DNA of 32,000 bases. Origin: Methanopyrus kandleri AV19 (lineage in GTDB: Archaea > JAADCQ01 > Methanopyri > Methanopyrales > Methanopyraceae). The stretch lies in NCBI RefSeq assembly GCF_000007185.1, contig NC_003551.1, positions 570,001-602,000 of the forward strand. Reading direction: 5' to 3'. The translations under genes were made by a program, and so were the position numbers. How positions within the stretch are numbered: the first letter of the stretch is position 1; every line of letters begins with the position of its first letter. Below are positions 1-9,229 of the stretch, one piece after another. The notes below the pieces were generated by a model. That model saw only the letters and a program-made list of their open reading frames with translations, was not told where the DNA came from and made no database searches.

Positions 1-273
1 GACACTCCAGTCTTCGAGACCCGCGGGAAGTTCGAGCTGATCTCACTGGAAGGCCTGCTGTTCGACGACGGTTCCTATCACCTGCACGCGTCGGTATCGG
101 ACGAGAACGGGCACACGCTATCGGGGCACGTCAAGGGGTTCGAGGTTTACACCACCGTGGAGTTGGTGCTGCTCCGGTTGAACGCACGCCTCGAGCGTGG
201 ACGTGACCCTCACACCGGGTACAGGGAACTTACCCGCGTTATTCCGTCAGCACGCGACACCCGCGCTCGGTGA
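1..273 (+). CDS. PPC/DUF296-domain protein (PD1-like putative DNA-binding), C-terminal part, truncated by window edge
   Basis: Frame 1 is open from base 1 to TGA 271-273: ...FETRGKFELISLEGLLFDDGSYHLHASVSDENGHTLSGHVKGFEVYTTVELVLL... matches the family pattern (HLHxSxSDxxGxxxxGH, TxExVL). Confidence 0.75.
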   Translation, partial: DTPVFETRGKFELISLEGLLFDDGSYHLHASVSDENGHTLSGHVKGFEVYTTVELVLLRLNARLERGRDPHTGYRELTRVIPSARDTRAR

Positions 274-1111
274 CCACTACCGTATGCTCCCACTGGGCCA
301 CCGGTTCCCCGTTCACCTCGACGAGCTCGGGGTAAGCCTTCACGGCTCCCAGCTTACTAAGTCTCAGCAGTTCGAACTTCACCCTCGGAGCCTTCCCCAC
401 CCAACGTCGGGCGAAAGGCAGTGACTTCCGGTCCTCGTAGATCCGGTGCAGGTTCAGGCGGGATCGTTGATTAGGGTTCCGCACTGAGAAAATCTCGACG
501 GTCGAGCCGGGTTTCACGTCTCCCTCTCCGTCCTCAGTGGTTACGAACGGTTCGACTGCCAGTACCATTCCCTCCTCGAGCTTGTCTTCGTACCCTGGTA
601 GGTCGTCGTTGGGGATCGAAACGCCGGCGTGTAGGTTCCACGGTTCGATCTGATGTCCTGTGAGTCCGATAACCGGCTTGAAACCGCGATCTCGACACAC
701 CTCACCGATGGCCCTCCCGACCTCGCGACACTCGACGCCCGGTCGGATCGTCTCTATGGCCGCTTCGAGGGCCTCGCGGGCGGCCTCCGCCAATCGCTCC
801 CCTAAGTCGTTGTCGAAGGACAGCGTGATCGCCGCGTCCCCGATGGCGCCGTTAACGTGAGCGCCTATGTCGACCTTCAGGATGTCCCCGGGCGATACCT
901 CGACCTCGTCGTCCGGGCTCGGCGTGTAATGAGCAGCCACCTCGTTCAGCGATAGGTTTACCGGAAACGCCGGTTCTGCCCCTTGATCCCTCACGCACTC
1001 CTCGAGGTATTCGGCTATTTCCAGCAGTCGGTCTCCGATGTCGATCTCCCGGGCAGCCCTACGGAGGACCCTTTTGACCACCTTTCCGGCTTCCTGGAAC
1101 TCATCGTCCAC
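239..1111 (-). CDS. map: Methionine aminopeptidase, type II archaeal
   Basis: ORF 290 aa; metal-ligand motifs DIGAHVNGAIGDAAIT, GLTGHQIEPWNLHAG, AVEPFVTTEDGEG. Confidence 0.93.
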   Translation of the reverse strand: MDDEFQEAGKVVKRVLRRAAREIDIGDRLLEIAEYLEECVRDQGAEPAFPVNLSLNEVAAHYTPSPDDEVEVSPGDILKVDIGAHVNGAIGDAAITLSFDNDLGERLAEAAREALEAAIETIRPGVECREVGRAIGEVCRDRGFKPVIGLTGHQIEPWNLHAGVSIPNDDLPGYEDKLEEGMVLAVEPFVTTEDGEGDVKPGSTVEIFSVRNPNQRSRLNLHRIYEDRKSLPFARRWVGKAPRVKFELLRLSKLGAVKAYPELVEVNGEPVAQWEHTVVVTERGCRVLTE

Positions 1112-1137
1112 GTCCGGTCCCCCGGGGGAGACGCTCC

Positions 1138-1800
1138 GTGGAAACGGTTAGAATATCCGTGCTGGACGTAGTGCGACGCATCGCGGACGTCGCGGCCCTA
1201 AGCGTTTTCGAGGTGATCAGGGACGGCCCCCTCGACGTACTCGGATGCACGGTGTTCAACATCGAGCTCGCGCGACGACTAGTAAACAAAGGCTTGGACG
1301 TCCGGCTGGTCTCTTCAGAAGTGGGCGGTCCGAAGGGCTTGCCCGTGGTCGAGGAGCCCGCGTCCGATACGCTGCTGGTGACAGAACCGCTGACGTTTTA
1401 CTCCGAATACCACCTGCTTCGGTCTCACGCTCTCGTTCTCATGTTCAGGTACGGGAACCCTGGATTCAAAGAGTGCTTGCGGGGTCTGGATTGTACGATG
1501 TTGCTACCCGAGATCGAGGGGCGACCTCTACCGGATCTTCACACGGCGTTCGTGGCGGTGCTTCAGGAGGCTGTGACATCTGCCTCTGAGGGACATCACG
1601 TCGTAGGGCTCCGCGTCTCCGACACTTCGGATTACTTCATACCTAACTCAGATCCGGCGGAGGTGAAGCGACGCGATGACGCGATCGTGGTGAGGGCCAT
1701 ACCTCCCTACCGGCTGAGGGAAGGTAGGGTTTGGGAAGCCGTAGCTCGGGCGGTCGATCAGGTACGATTCAGGAGGGTGTCCCGGTGCTTCCAAAAGTAG
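1138..1800 (+). CDS. Conserved hypothetical protein, 220 aa
   Basis: Long ORF with archaeal-like composition, divergent from map; no family recognised. Confidence 0.6.
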   Translation: METVRISVLDVVRRIADVAALSVFEVIRDGPLDVLGCTVFNIELARRLVNKGLDVRLVSSEVGGPKGLPVVEEPASDTLLVTEPLTFYSEYHLLRSHALVLMFRYGNPGFKECLRGLDCTMLLPEIEGRPLPDLHTAFVAVLQEAVTSASEGHHVVGLRVSDTSDYFIPNSDPAEVKRRDDAIVVRAIPPYRLREGRVWEAVARAVDQVRFRRVSRCFQK

Positions 1801-2066
1801 GCACCCACCCCTCCGAGACAAACCGCGGGGACCAACAGATGGAAAAGATCGCCCAGCAGATCCCGCCCGGCGAGACATGCTAAGAATACCACGGCGAGTG
1901 CTAAACCATCCCCTTCCCCGGGACATATCACGTGAGTTGCGGCTAGGAACACGGCGGCTACGATGCACACCCACGCGGGGTAAGAGTACGCCGCGGGTGC
2001 TAGGGATACCAAAAACACGACACGTAGCCACCGTTTACTACGGAGGTTCAACGGGAACTTCTTCAC
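1758..2066 (-). CDS. Small predicted membrane protein, 102 aa
   Basis: Multiple hydrophobic segments (VVFLVSLAPAAYSYPAWVCIVAAVFLAATHVI, LALAVVFLACLAG, LVPAVCLGGVGAYFW); overlaps the upstream ORF by 29 nt. Confidence 0.6.
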   Translation of the reverse strand: MKKFPLNLRSKRWLRVVFLVSLAPAAYSYPAWVCIVAAVFLAATHVICPGEGDGLALAVVFLACLAGRDLLGDLFHLLVPAVCLGGVGAYFWKHRDTLLNRT

Positions 2067-2349
2067 CCCTCCTCTTCAGCTCCTCGAAGAGTTCTTCCAA
2101 CAGCTTCCCCAGCCGCTGTCCCAAACCCTCCGCCTTCGGTAGCTCCGAGCTGATAGCCCTGGCGATAACGTACGCTAGCAGGAATACGGCACACTTATGT
2201 TGTAGTTTCGTTTTATGTAGATGGCCCGGTTTCACATTGAACTCATCGTATAGCTTTACGTCGTCCTCCCTAGTTTTCCCCTCCATCTTTAGATACTCCA
2301 AAACATAGTAAAGAACCGAGTGGAGGAGGAAGAGTTCGTCCTTTTTCAT
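2038..2349 (-). CDS. Hypothetical protein, 103 aa
   Basis: ORF directly downstream of the Lon-like gene on the same strand; Lys/Glu-rich C-terminus. Confidence 0.6.
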   Translation of the reverse strand: MKKDELFLLHSVLYYVLEYLKMEGKTREDDVKLYDEFNVKPGHLHKTKLQHKCAVFLLAYVIARAISSELPKAEGLGQRLGKLLEELFEELKRRGEEVPVEPP

Positions 2350-2364
2350 CGGGGGTGCACCCCG

Positions 2365-3897
2365 TTAAATGTACCCTCGTTTATCCTCTTGGTGGTAGTA
2401 TGAATCGGTCGTATCGCCCTGAATAACGCGCTGTTGCGCGGCCGGTGAGGAGAGCGAGCATGTAGCTACATCTCGTCTCAGGCCTTCCTCGAGTGAGCCG
2501 TACTCCTCTATGATCTGATCTTCGACGGGTTTCGCCTTCTTGATGGCGGCCCGAACGTGCTTGGGTTCAATGTACTTCGCGCCCTCCATCACCGCGAGGT
2601 CTCCCGCCAACCTCACGACCCCAGACAGGTCACGGAGCCGCAGAGTGAGGGCGTCTCTCTCACCATCTATCACTCTGGCGCGTCGTCGCGCCTCCTTCAC
2701 GATCTCTTCGACGGCCTCTCGGGTGGCGTGTGGGATCCGTCCATCCCGCTCCACTTCTTGGGCGACGAACTGTGCCAACTTGGCCCGGTTCTCTTCGGTA
2801 TCCGGCATCGTGGTTTTCATTAGGACTTCGTATCCTTCACCTTGGATACGCGATCGTAGCGGTGATAAGATCATTGGAAGGTCCTGGATGTTGCACGCCC
2901 CTACGAGGATGAAATCGCACGGGACGCCCTCCACGCGTACCGCCGCGCCTGATGACTGCGGGTTCTTACCGGTGATCGGGTACTCCTTTTCCTGCATCGC
3001 CGTGAGCAGGTGTTGCTGAAGGGGACCCAACTGTGCGAGTTCGTCGATGAACAGGACGCCTTCATGGGCCTCGTGTACGGCCCCCGGGATCACGCGCTTG
3101 TACGGGGGCTCACCCAGCTGCTCGTCGCCTCCCCAGGGACAGTGTTTCACGTCGCCCAACAGCTCCGTTTCGCTCGCACCCGTAGCTTGGACGAACGGTT
3201 TCCTATCGAGAGGCACCAGTACTTTCTTCTCCTCTCCCTCGGAGTCGGGCTTGACGACCCGGATTCTGTCGCCCACGCGTTCGTAAATCACCGCCACTTG
3301 GCGGCTCGTAGCTCGGTCGTATTGGGTGGCCCGGTAGGTACGAGCGGAATACTTCTGCGCTCCACACCTAGGACAGTATCGACAGTCCGGATCGCTGTAC
3401 TCCCCACAACTCGGGCATCGGAATCCGAGCTGTTCAGCGACCGGCTCAGGGACCTCCTCGGGCGACAGTAGTGTGTCCGAGTCTTCCTTCTCGACCTCGT
3501 CTCGCGTGCGGACCTTCACGATGGGACGTTCCGGGTTGGCGGGGTTGTGATACACCTCGATCTGCTCACGGGGTTTGGGCAGCAGTTCGGCAATTCCCTG
3601 AGCGATCATGCTTTTACCAACGCCCGGCGGACCGACGAGGAGGAGATGCCTACGCTGCTTTGCGGCGAGCTTGGCGTACTCCACGGCGTGGTCTTGGCCT
3701 ATCACCATGTCCAGTGGGTTGTCAGGAATCTTGATGTCGGCCGTCGTCTCGATATCGTCCAGGGTGAAGTCCTTCTTCACGGGATCGATAAGATCTTTTT
3801 CATCACGCTCATTCTCGGAACTCTTCTTATCTTTGCTAGAGTCTTTTTTCCGAAGCAATTTATCTAGCAAGCCCGAGGAAAGCACGTTGTGCGGCAT
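2365..3897 (-). CDS. Archaeal LonB-like AAA+ ATPase lacking the Lon protease domain, with internal zinc ribbon
   Basis: Walker A GPPGVGKS, Walker B-like [11 protein letters not shown], archaeal Lon signatures [34 protein letters not shown]; ends about 35 aa after the AAA lid with no Ser-Lys protease domain. Internal [19 protein letters not shown]. Start placed at MPHNV (3897) rather than the track start 3957. Confidence 0.85.
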   Translation of the reverse strand: MPHNVLSSGLLDKLLRKKDSSKDKKSSENERDEKDLIDPVKKDFTLDDIETTADIKIPDNPLDMVIGQDHAVEYAKLAAKQRRHLLLVGPPGVGKSMIAQGIAELLPKPREQIEVYHNPANPERPIVKVRTRDEVEKEDSDTLLSPEEVPEPVAEQLGFRCPSCGEYSDPDCRYCPRCGAQKYSARTYRATQYDRATSRQVAVIYERVGDRIRVVKPDSEGEEKKVLVPLDRKPFVQATGASETELLGDVKHCPWGGDEQLGEPPYKRVIPGAVHEAHEGVLFIDELAQLGPLQQHLLTAMQEKEYPITGKNPQSSGAAVRVEGVPCDFILVGACNIQDLPMILSPLRSRIQGEGYEVLMKTTMPDTEENRAKLAQFVAQEVERDGRIPHATREAVEEIVKEARRRARVIDGERDALTLRLRDLSGVVRLAGDLAVMEGAKYIEPKHVRAAIKKAKPVEDQIIEEYGSLEEGLRRDVATCSLSSPAAQQRVIQGDTTDSYYHQEDKRGYI

Positions 3898-3931
3898 ATG
3901 AAACCACCTCAGACTCGGGATTAGGCTAGGG

Positions 3932-5161
3932 CTAAGACATCGTGATGATCTTAACATCTTTCTTGATCTCGGGATCGAGATCTCCTTCTTTCACGCCCAC
4001 TACGTACTTCACACCCTTCTCGCGGGCTGCTTCGACGAGTCGACGCGTGATCACACCGTCTAGGACTACAGCTCGTACGCCGTCCTCGGATTTCAGCTTC
4101 TCGACCAACTCATCGAGTTCCACTTCTTTAACTGGCTTTAAACCCTCGTCGAGGAACTCCGCGCGGAACGTGCCCTTGAGGCGCTTCAACCTGTCAAGCA
4201 AGCGGCGCTCTTGAGGGCCACGTTTCGGTCGCGCCTTCTTCTTACGTGGGCGGCCCCGTCTCTCGGGTCTTTTCTTGGGTTTGGGCTTCTTGCCTTTCTC
4301 CCTCTCCTTATCCTTGGGACGTTCACCGATCTCCTTTAGGTACTCCTCTACCGGGACCTTCCTCTCGAGCGCCCGTTTGATCTCCTTTCTGGTCAGCTCC
4401 TCCACTTCCTTGCCTTTTGGCGCCTTCGCGACGTAGTCCACGTCGGCCACTTGGAGCAGTTCCTTTAGAATCAGCTCGCCGCCGCGATCCCCGTCAACGA
4501 ACGCCGTCACGGTCTTCTCCTTGGAGAGTTCTACGATCGCCTCCGGTACGTTGGTGCCCTCCACAGCGATCACGTTTTTGATCCCGCACCGGAGCAAGTT
4601 CGCGACGTCCGCCCGTCCCTCCACCACTATGATCGCGTCCGAATCCTCCACGTTCGGTCCGGCCGGTAGGCCCTTGTACTCCTCGACCTCGACGTCCTCC
4701 ACGGCCTCTTTCACCTTCTGCACGAGTTCACTGCTGTCCGGTGTCACTTCGCTCACCATTTCACGCAGAATCTCGCGAGCTCTGCGGATCATCCGCTCCC
4801 GCTTCTCTTTCCGGATATCGTCTATCGACACCACCTCCACTTCGGCCCGACACGGGCCGATTCTGTCGACTTGCTCCAACGCAGCGGCTACCAGGGCGGT
4901 CTCCACACGATCCAGGCTCGACGGGACTATGATCTCACCTACGGTTTTTCCGTTCTCGTTCCGCAGCTTGACGTCAATACGGCCTATACGGCCCGTTTTT
5001 AACAGCCGACGCAGGTCGAGGTCGTCGCCTAATAGCCCCTCCGTCTGGCCGAAGATGGCGCCCACGACGTCCGGACGTTCCACGTAACCGTTAGCACGTA
5101 GTTTGGCCCGGATGACGTATTTGACGGCCCCATTACCGTAATCGGTGCGCCCTTTCGACAA
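3932..5161 (-). CDS. dnaG: Archaeal DnaG-like primase (Toprim)
   Basis: [32 protein letters not shown] (Toprim) and [32 protein letters not shown] motifs. Confidence 0.93.
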   Translation of the reverse strand: MSKGRTDYGNGAVKYVIRAKLRANGYVERPDVVGAIFGQTEGLLGDDLDLRRLLKTGRIGRIDVKLRNENGKTVGEIIVPSSLDRVETALVAAALEQVDRIGPCRAEVEVVSIDDIRKEKRERMIRRAREILREMVSEVTPDSSELVQKVKEAVEDVEVEEYKGLPAGPNVEDSDAIIVVEGRADVANLLRCGIKNVIAVEGTNVPEAIVELSKEKTVTAFVDGDRGGELILKELLQVADVDYVAKAPKGKEVEELTRKEIKRALERKVPVEEYLKEIGERPKDKEREKGKKPKPKKRPERRGRPRKKKARPKRGPQERRLLDRLKRLKGTFRAEFLDEGLKPVKEVELDELVEKLKSEDGVRAVVLDGVITRRLVEAAREKGVKYVVGVKEGDLDPEIKKDVKIITMS

Positions 5162-5279
5162 TACTATCCCTCCCTCGCACGACCATGAGGAGTGAAGGAT
5201 GAGCGCGAACTCGGTTTCCCAGCACCCCCTCGTCGTTCGGGGAATAATAAGGTTGCTTCAAGCCGGGGCGGAAAGGGCG

Positions 5280-6332
5280 TTATAGTGGCGGGGAGTTGAG
5301 CACGCCGAGTGCGCTGTCCGTGGCGTCCATGGAGGCCTCCGGATCCTCCTCCAACTCGGTCATCGCGCGGATAGCGTCCACGTTCTCGGGTACGACGTCG
5401 GCCTCCTGGTGCACGGCCTGCATGTAGTAGAGCACGCCGTCCTCCACGTTGATGGACTCTTCCCAAACCAGTATCTCGTACAGGTCGTACCGCTTCCTAC
5501 CGAGGTCACGTCCCAACTCGATTAACTCGGCCGTGGAACCGAGCCCCTCCCCGTGCGGTACCACCCATATCCTTCTCGCCTCCTCGAACGCGTCGATGAC
5601 GTCGTCCGACGTGACCTCTTCCTTCAGCTCCACCCTGACAACGTGCATGTGCATGAGCGTCGTCGGCACCTTCACGGCCGCTGTCGTAATGTCGATGTCC
5701 GGCATCACGGTCTTAACATCCGGTCCGTGGTGGGACGGCACCGTCACCGGGTTCGGCGCGATGGCGTTGATAGGTCCCTTCTTCACCTGGTGCGGGTCGG
5801 CCGCCCGACGTACGATCGTCACGTAGACACGCCCGAGCTCGAACTCCTCCTTCAGCGTCCCTAGCGTGCGGCACAGGGCCGTGGTGTTGCACGACACACA
5901 CCGGACGTAGTCAGCCCCCAGGGCCTCCTCGTAGTTACATTGGGCGACGAACGACACCTCGGCGACTTCCGCCTCCTCGCCACCTTGGAAGATCGCCTTA
6001 ACCCCGGCTTTCTCGTATAGCGTCTCTTTGTTCCGGGCTCCGATGCCTTCGGGGGTGCAGTCCACGACGACGTCCAACCCGTAGTCCTCGGCGTTCAGCA
6101 CCACGTCTTCCACGGTACCCTCGGTCTCGATTCCTGCATCTTCGAACCTCTCAACGCGGTCTTCCGGCACGAACAGCGGGTAACCGTACTCCTCGACGGC
6201 CAACCGGGCCAGGTAATCCGGCGACGTTTTGACCACTCCGAGTACTTCCATGTCACGCTGAGCGTCGACGGCATCGGCGACTCTCTTACCGATGGTTCCG
6301 TACCCGTTGATCAACACGCTAACGTCGGCCAA
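5280..6332 (-). CDS. gap: Archaeal glyceraldehyde-3-phosphate dehydrogenase
   Basis: SVLINGYGTIGKRVADAV nucleotide binding, VSCNTTALCRTL catalytic Cys motif. Confidence 0.95.
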   Translation of the reverse strand: MADVSVLINGYGTIGKRVADAVDAQRDMEVLGVVKTSPDYLARLAVEEYGYPLFVPEDRVERFEDAGIETEGTVEDVVLNAEDYGLDVVVDCTPEGIGARNKETLYEKAGVKAIFQGGEEAEVAEVSFVAQCNYEEALGADYVRCVSCNTTALCRTLGTLKEEFELGRVYVTIVRRAADPHQVKKGPINAIAPNPVTVPSHHGPDVKTVMPDIDITTAAVKVPTTLMHMHVVRVELKEEVTSDDVIDAFEEARRIWVVPHGEGLGSTAELIELGRDLGRKRYDLYEILVWEESINVEDGVLYYMQAVHQEADVVPENVDAIRAMTELEEDPEASMDATDSALGVLNSPPL

Positions 6333-6852
6333 GACCCGCCTCCCCCGCGCGCTGCCCGTAACTCGGAGCTTAAATTAGCGCCGTTCGGATCCCGCGTGAT
6401 GGATAATAAGGCGGTGGAAATGTACCTCCCGCGATTAACACTCCCCGGTCACCGGTCACCGGACTGGCTCATCCCTTGTCCGGGGAGGACCCTCGCGCGG
6501 GAGGCTATCCCCGCCTGTCCCGCGTCGGGGTTGACCGTCCGGTCATCCCCGGTCCTCACGACCGTGTCCCGGAGGGACCGTGCGACGCGGGTGTACCCCG
6601 GGTCTCGACCCCGGGCTTCACGGCCTAGGGTATCCTCCCCGCTCCACCCGGGTCGGCGGGGCCCCGGGGCGGGGACGGCGGGGGATTCCACCGGAAAGAA
6701 CGTGACTTGTGGGTGACCTTGAAGGTTACCCCGGTTGCTTCCCCTACGTGTGTGAGATTGGTATATGGTGGGGGTAGAGCGCGCGATCGTAGTCCCACGG
6801 TCGGATCGCGAGTTTCGGAAACGCCGTGGTTTCTGTGTTTCCCTCGAGGGTC

Positions 6853-7878
6853 TCACGCCGGCACGTCGATCTTAGTTGGGTCCGGAACTTCCAGGCCCAG
6901 CTCCTCGGCCAGCTCCTTGTACCGATTCCTGATCGTGACTTCGGTAACTCCCGAGATCTTCGCAACCTCGGGCTGTGTCCGACGGCACGTTCGGAGCTTC
7001 TCGTTGAGCTCACGTTCGAGCTTCTCCTTCTCTTCCTCCGACTCGGCCTCCTTCATCTTCTCGCGGTACTCCTCTATGTACTCCTTAGCCTTGAGGAGCC
7101 CGGCCAGGTACAGGGCCGCGCCCGCCAGTCCGGCCGGGTTGCGGCTCACGGTCAGGCCCTTCTTCTCGGCTTTCTCCAGGATCTCACGGGCTAGCATTTC
7201 GACATCTTCAGAGACACCCAGCTCGGTCGCGAATCGGGACAGGTACTGCTTCGGATCCGGAGCGGGCATACGCTCGTTCAGGTGCCGGAGTAGGACCCGA
7301 TGCGTTCGGTTGATGTCTTTGGGCGTGATCCCGAACAGTTTCGCAATCTCCTTGATAGTACGGGGGTGCTTACGCTTCTTACACGCCATGAACAGTGCGG
7401 CCGCGGCCGTGTTCTCGATCGACCTACCTCGGACTAGATCCTTCTCCACGGCCTTCCGATAAATCCGGATCGCTTCATCCACGATGGACCGGGGGATGTT
7501 AGCCTGCGAGCATACCCTCTCAATAAGTTCTACGGCGGATCGGATGTTCCTGCTGACCGGGTCGTTCGAAATCCACCTATCCCACCTCTTCAGACGCCTG
7601 AACCGCCAGTCCACGAGACGCCGACCGCGAGTGTCACGGTCATCGATGATCGTGTCCCCTAACTTGTGCGGATGACGCTCCGAGATGGGTGCACCCGTAC
7701 GCTCACGCTGCGCGCGCTGATCCGCGTTGAAGGCCCTCCACTCGGGCCCGTAGTCGATCAGATAGTCGACGACGGTGCCGCAGTCCCGACAGACCAGTTC
7801 CCCGTGCTTCTCGTCACGCTCTAGGTTCGTGCTGCCACACTTCGGGCACACCCGATGCTCCGACTCGGTGTAGACCAT
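6853..7878 (-). CDS. tfb: Transcription initiation factor TFB
   Basis: N-terminal zinc ribbon [27 protein letters not shown], B-finger EWRAF, two cyclin repeats ending [16 protein letters not shown]. Confidence 0.95.
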   Translation of the reverse strand: [341 protein letters not shown]

Positions 7879-7928
7879 GGCGGCCTCACCCCCTTACGCC
7901 GGGAAACGGCCCGGTTGGCTTTTCGGGA

Positions 7929-7943
7929 AAGATTTTAAATAGA
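7929..7943 (-). promoter_or_regulatory. Candidate TATA box for tfb
   Basis: Minus strand reads AATCTATTTAAAATCTTTCC about 55-65 nt upstream of the tfb ATG, an A/T-rich island in GC-rich DNA. Confidence 0.5.
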
Positions 7944-8234
7944 TTACTCCCCGCTGCGCGGGCACAGTCCCACCGCGAGCACGGCCAACGAGCAGACCAG
8001 GGCCAGCCGGTACGTTAGCGGCGTGTCCAGTCCCAACAGCTTCACTATCACGGTCACCGCGACGATAGCGCCGACGGAGTGTGCGGTCGCCTTGACCCAG
8101 CGTTCGTCGATCTCACTCTCGCCGGACTTGAGCGCGGGCAGACCCTTGCGCACCACCACGTAGCAGGCCAACCCCAATATCACGGCCTCCACGATCGGCG
8201 CCGCCAGGTACTCCTCGATCATCGTCCCGGTCAT
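7944..8234 (-). CDS. Small membrane protein, 96 aa
   Basis: Three hydrophobic segments; ATGA overlap with the upstream PLP-enzyme gene. Confidence 0.7.
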   Translation of the reverse strand: MTGTMIEEYLAAPIVEAVILGLACYVVVRKGLPALKSGESEIDERWVKATAHSVGAIVAVTVIVKLLGLDTPLTYRLALVCSLAVLAVGLCPRSGE

Positions 8235-9229
8235 GACAGCTCCCCCTTCACGACCTCGACGAACCGATCGTAACCGAACCGCTCCGCGTCCTCCGTCAGA
8301 AGATTGAAGCGCAAGGTTCTATCCACACGCTCGTAACCCAGGGCGGTTATGGTCATAATCCCGTACCGTCGCAGCAACCCGAGCCCTATCTCCACCTCCC
8401 GTTCCACCCCGTGGAACACCAGACCCGCACCCGTCCGTTCCACGTCGAGCTCGTCCTTGAGCCGCTCGTACACGCGTTCAAGTTCCTTTAACCGAGCTTC
8501 CAGTGAGCTCAACTCGAACTCTTCAAAGGCCCTTTTTACGGCCGCGAGCGTCGGTCCATCGACCGTCCAACCGTATCCTTCGCAGACCCGCCGCACGCCC
8601 TCCACGAGGTCGTCCCGTCCGATCAGCACGCCGGCGCGTGGCCCGTCCATCAGCTTGTCGCAGCTCGTTACCACTAGGTCGAACCCGTACCTCGGACCCG
8701 GCTTTTGGCCGTGCAATCGACGTACTCGGTCGCCCGAAGCGTCGTCCAGCAGCGTCACGGCCTCCGCGGAGGCGACCTCCCTCAGAGTGTCCTCGCTTAC
8801 CACGTTCCAACGCACGTCGCAACCCGTTACGACCACGAGATCGAACCCGTCGAGATCGGGTATCTCCGACTCCTCGACCTCCTCGTACTCCGCCCCCGCC
8901 AACCTGCAGCCTTCCTCCACGCATGGGTGGGCTTCACCGTCCTCGGGTAGTACGTGCAACACACTCCTCGGCTCGAGGGCCAGGATCGTCGCGATAACGG
9001 CCGCCGTCGTCCTAGGGGCCACCAGTACCTCGTACTCCGGAGCGTCGAAGTGCTCCCGACAGAGCTCCCGGATCTCCGGCAAAATCAGCGCTTCCGACAG
9101 ATAGGTACGGAGCTCGTCCGAGGCAGCGTCGACCTTCGGTCGCGACGCCAACCCGGTGAAGTCGTAGAGTGGGTCGCCCCGCGAGATCCTCTCCCTGATT
9201 ATCTCCAACGCTCGATCCCTAACCTTCAT
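8231..9229 (-). CDS. MJ0158-type (SelA-like, UPF0425) pyridoxal phosphate-dependent protein
   Basis: MKVRDRALEIIRERISRGDPLYDFTGL...VAPRTTAAVIATILAL...LLDDASGDRVR...DLVVTSCDKLMDGPRAGVLIG (putative PLP lysine). Start at 9229 overlaps the upstream stop as ATGA; the track start 9589 is too far upstream. Confidence 0.8.
   Translation of the reverse strand: MKVRDRALEIIRERISRGDPLYDFTGLASRPKVDAASDELRTYLSEALILPEIRELCREHFDAPEYEVLVAPRTTAAVIATILALEPRSVLHVLPEDGEAHPCVEEGCRLAGAEYEEVEESEIPDLDGFDLVVVTGCDVRWNVVSEDTLREVASAEAVTLLDDASGDRVRRLHGQKPGPRYGFDLVVTSCDKLMDGPRAGVLIGRDDLVEGVRRVCEGYGWTVDGPTLAAVKRAFEEFELSSLEARLKELERVYERLKDELDVERTGAGLVFHGVEREVEIGLGLLRRYGIMTITALGYERVDRTLRFNLLTEDAERFGYDRFVEVVKGELS

Noticed and set aside
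6449-6856. 135-aa minus-strand ORF between gap and tfb
   Set aside because: Biased Arg/Pro/Gly composition without motifs; the region is better treated as non-coding or ncRNA.
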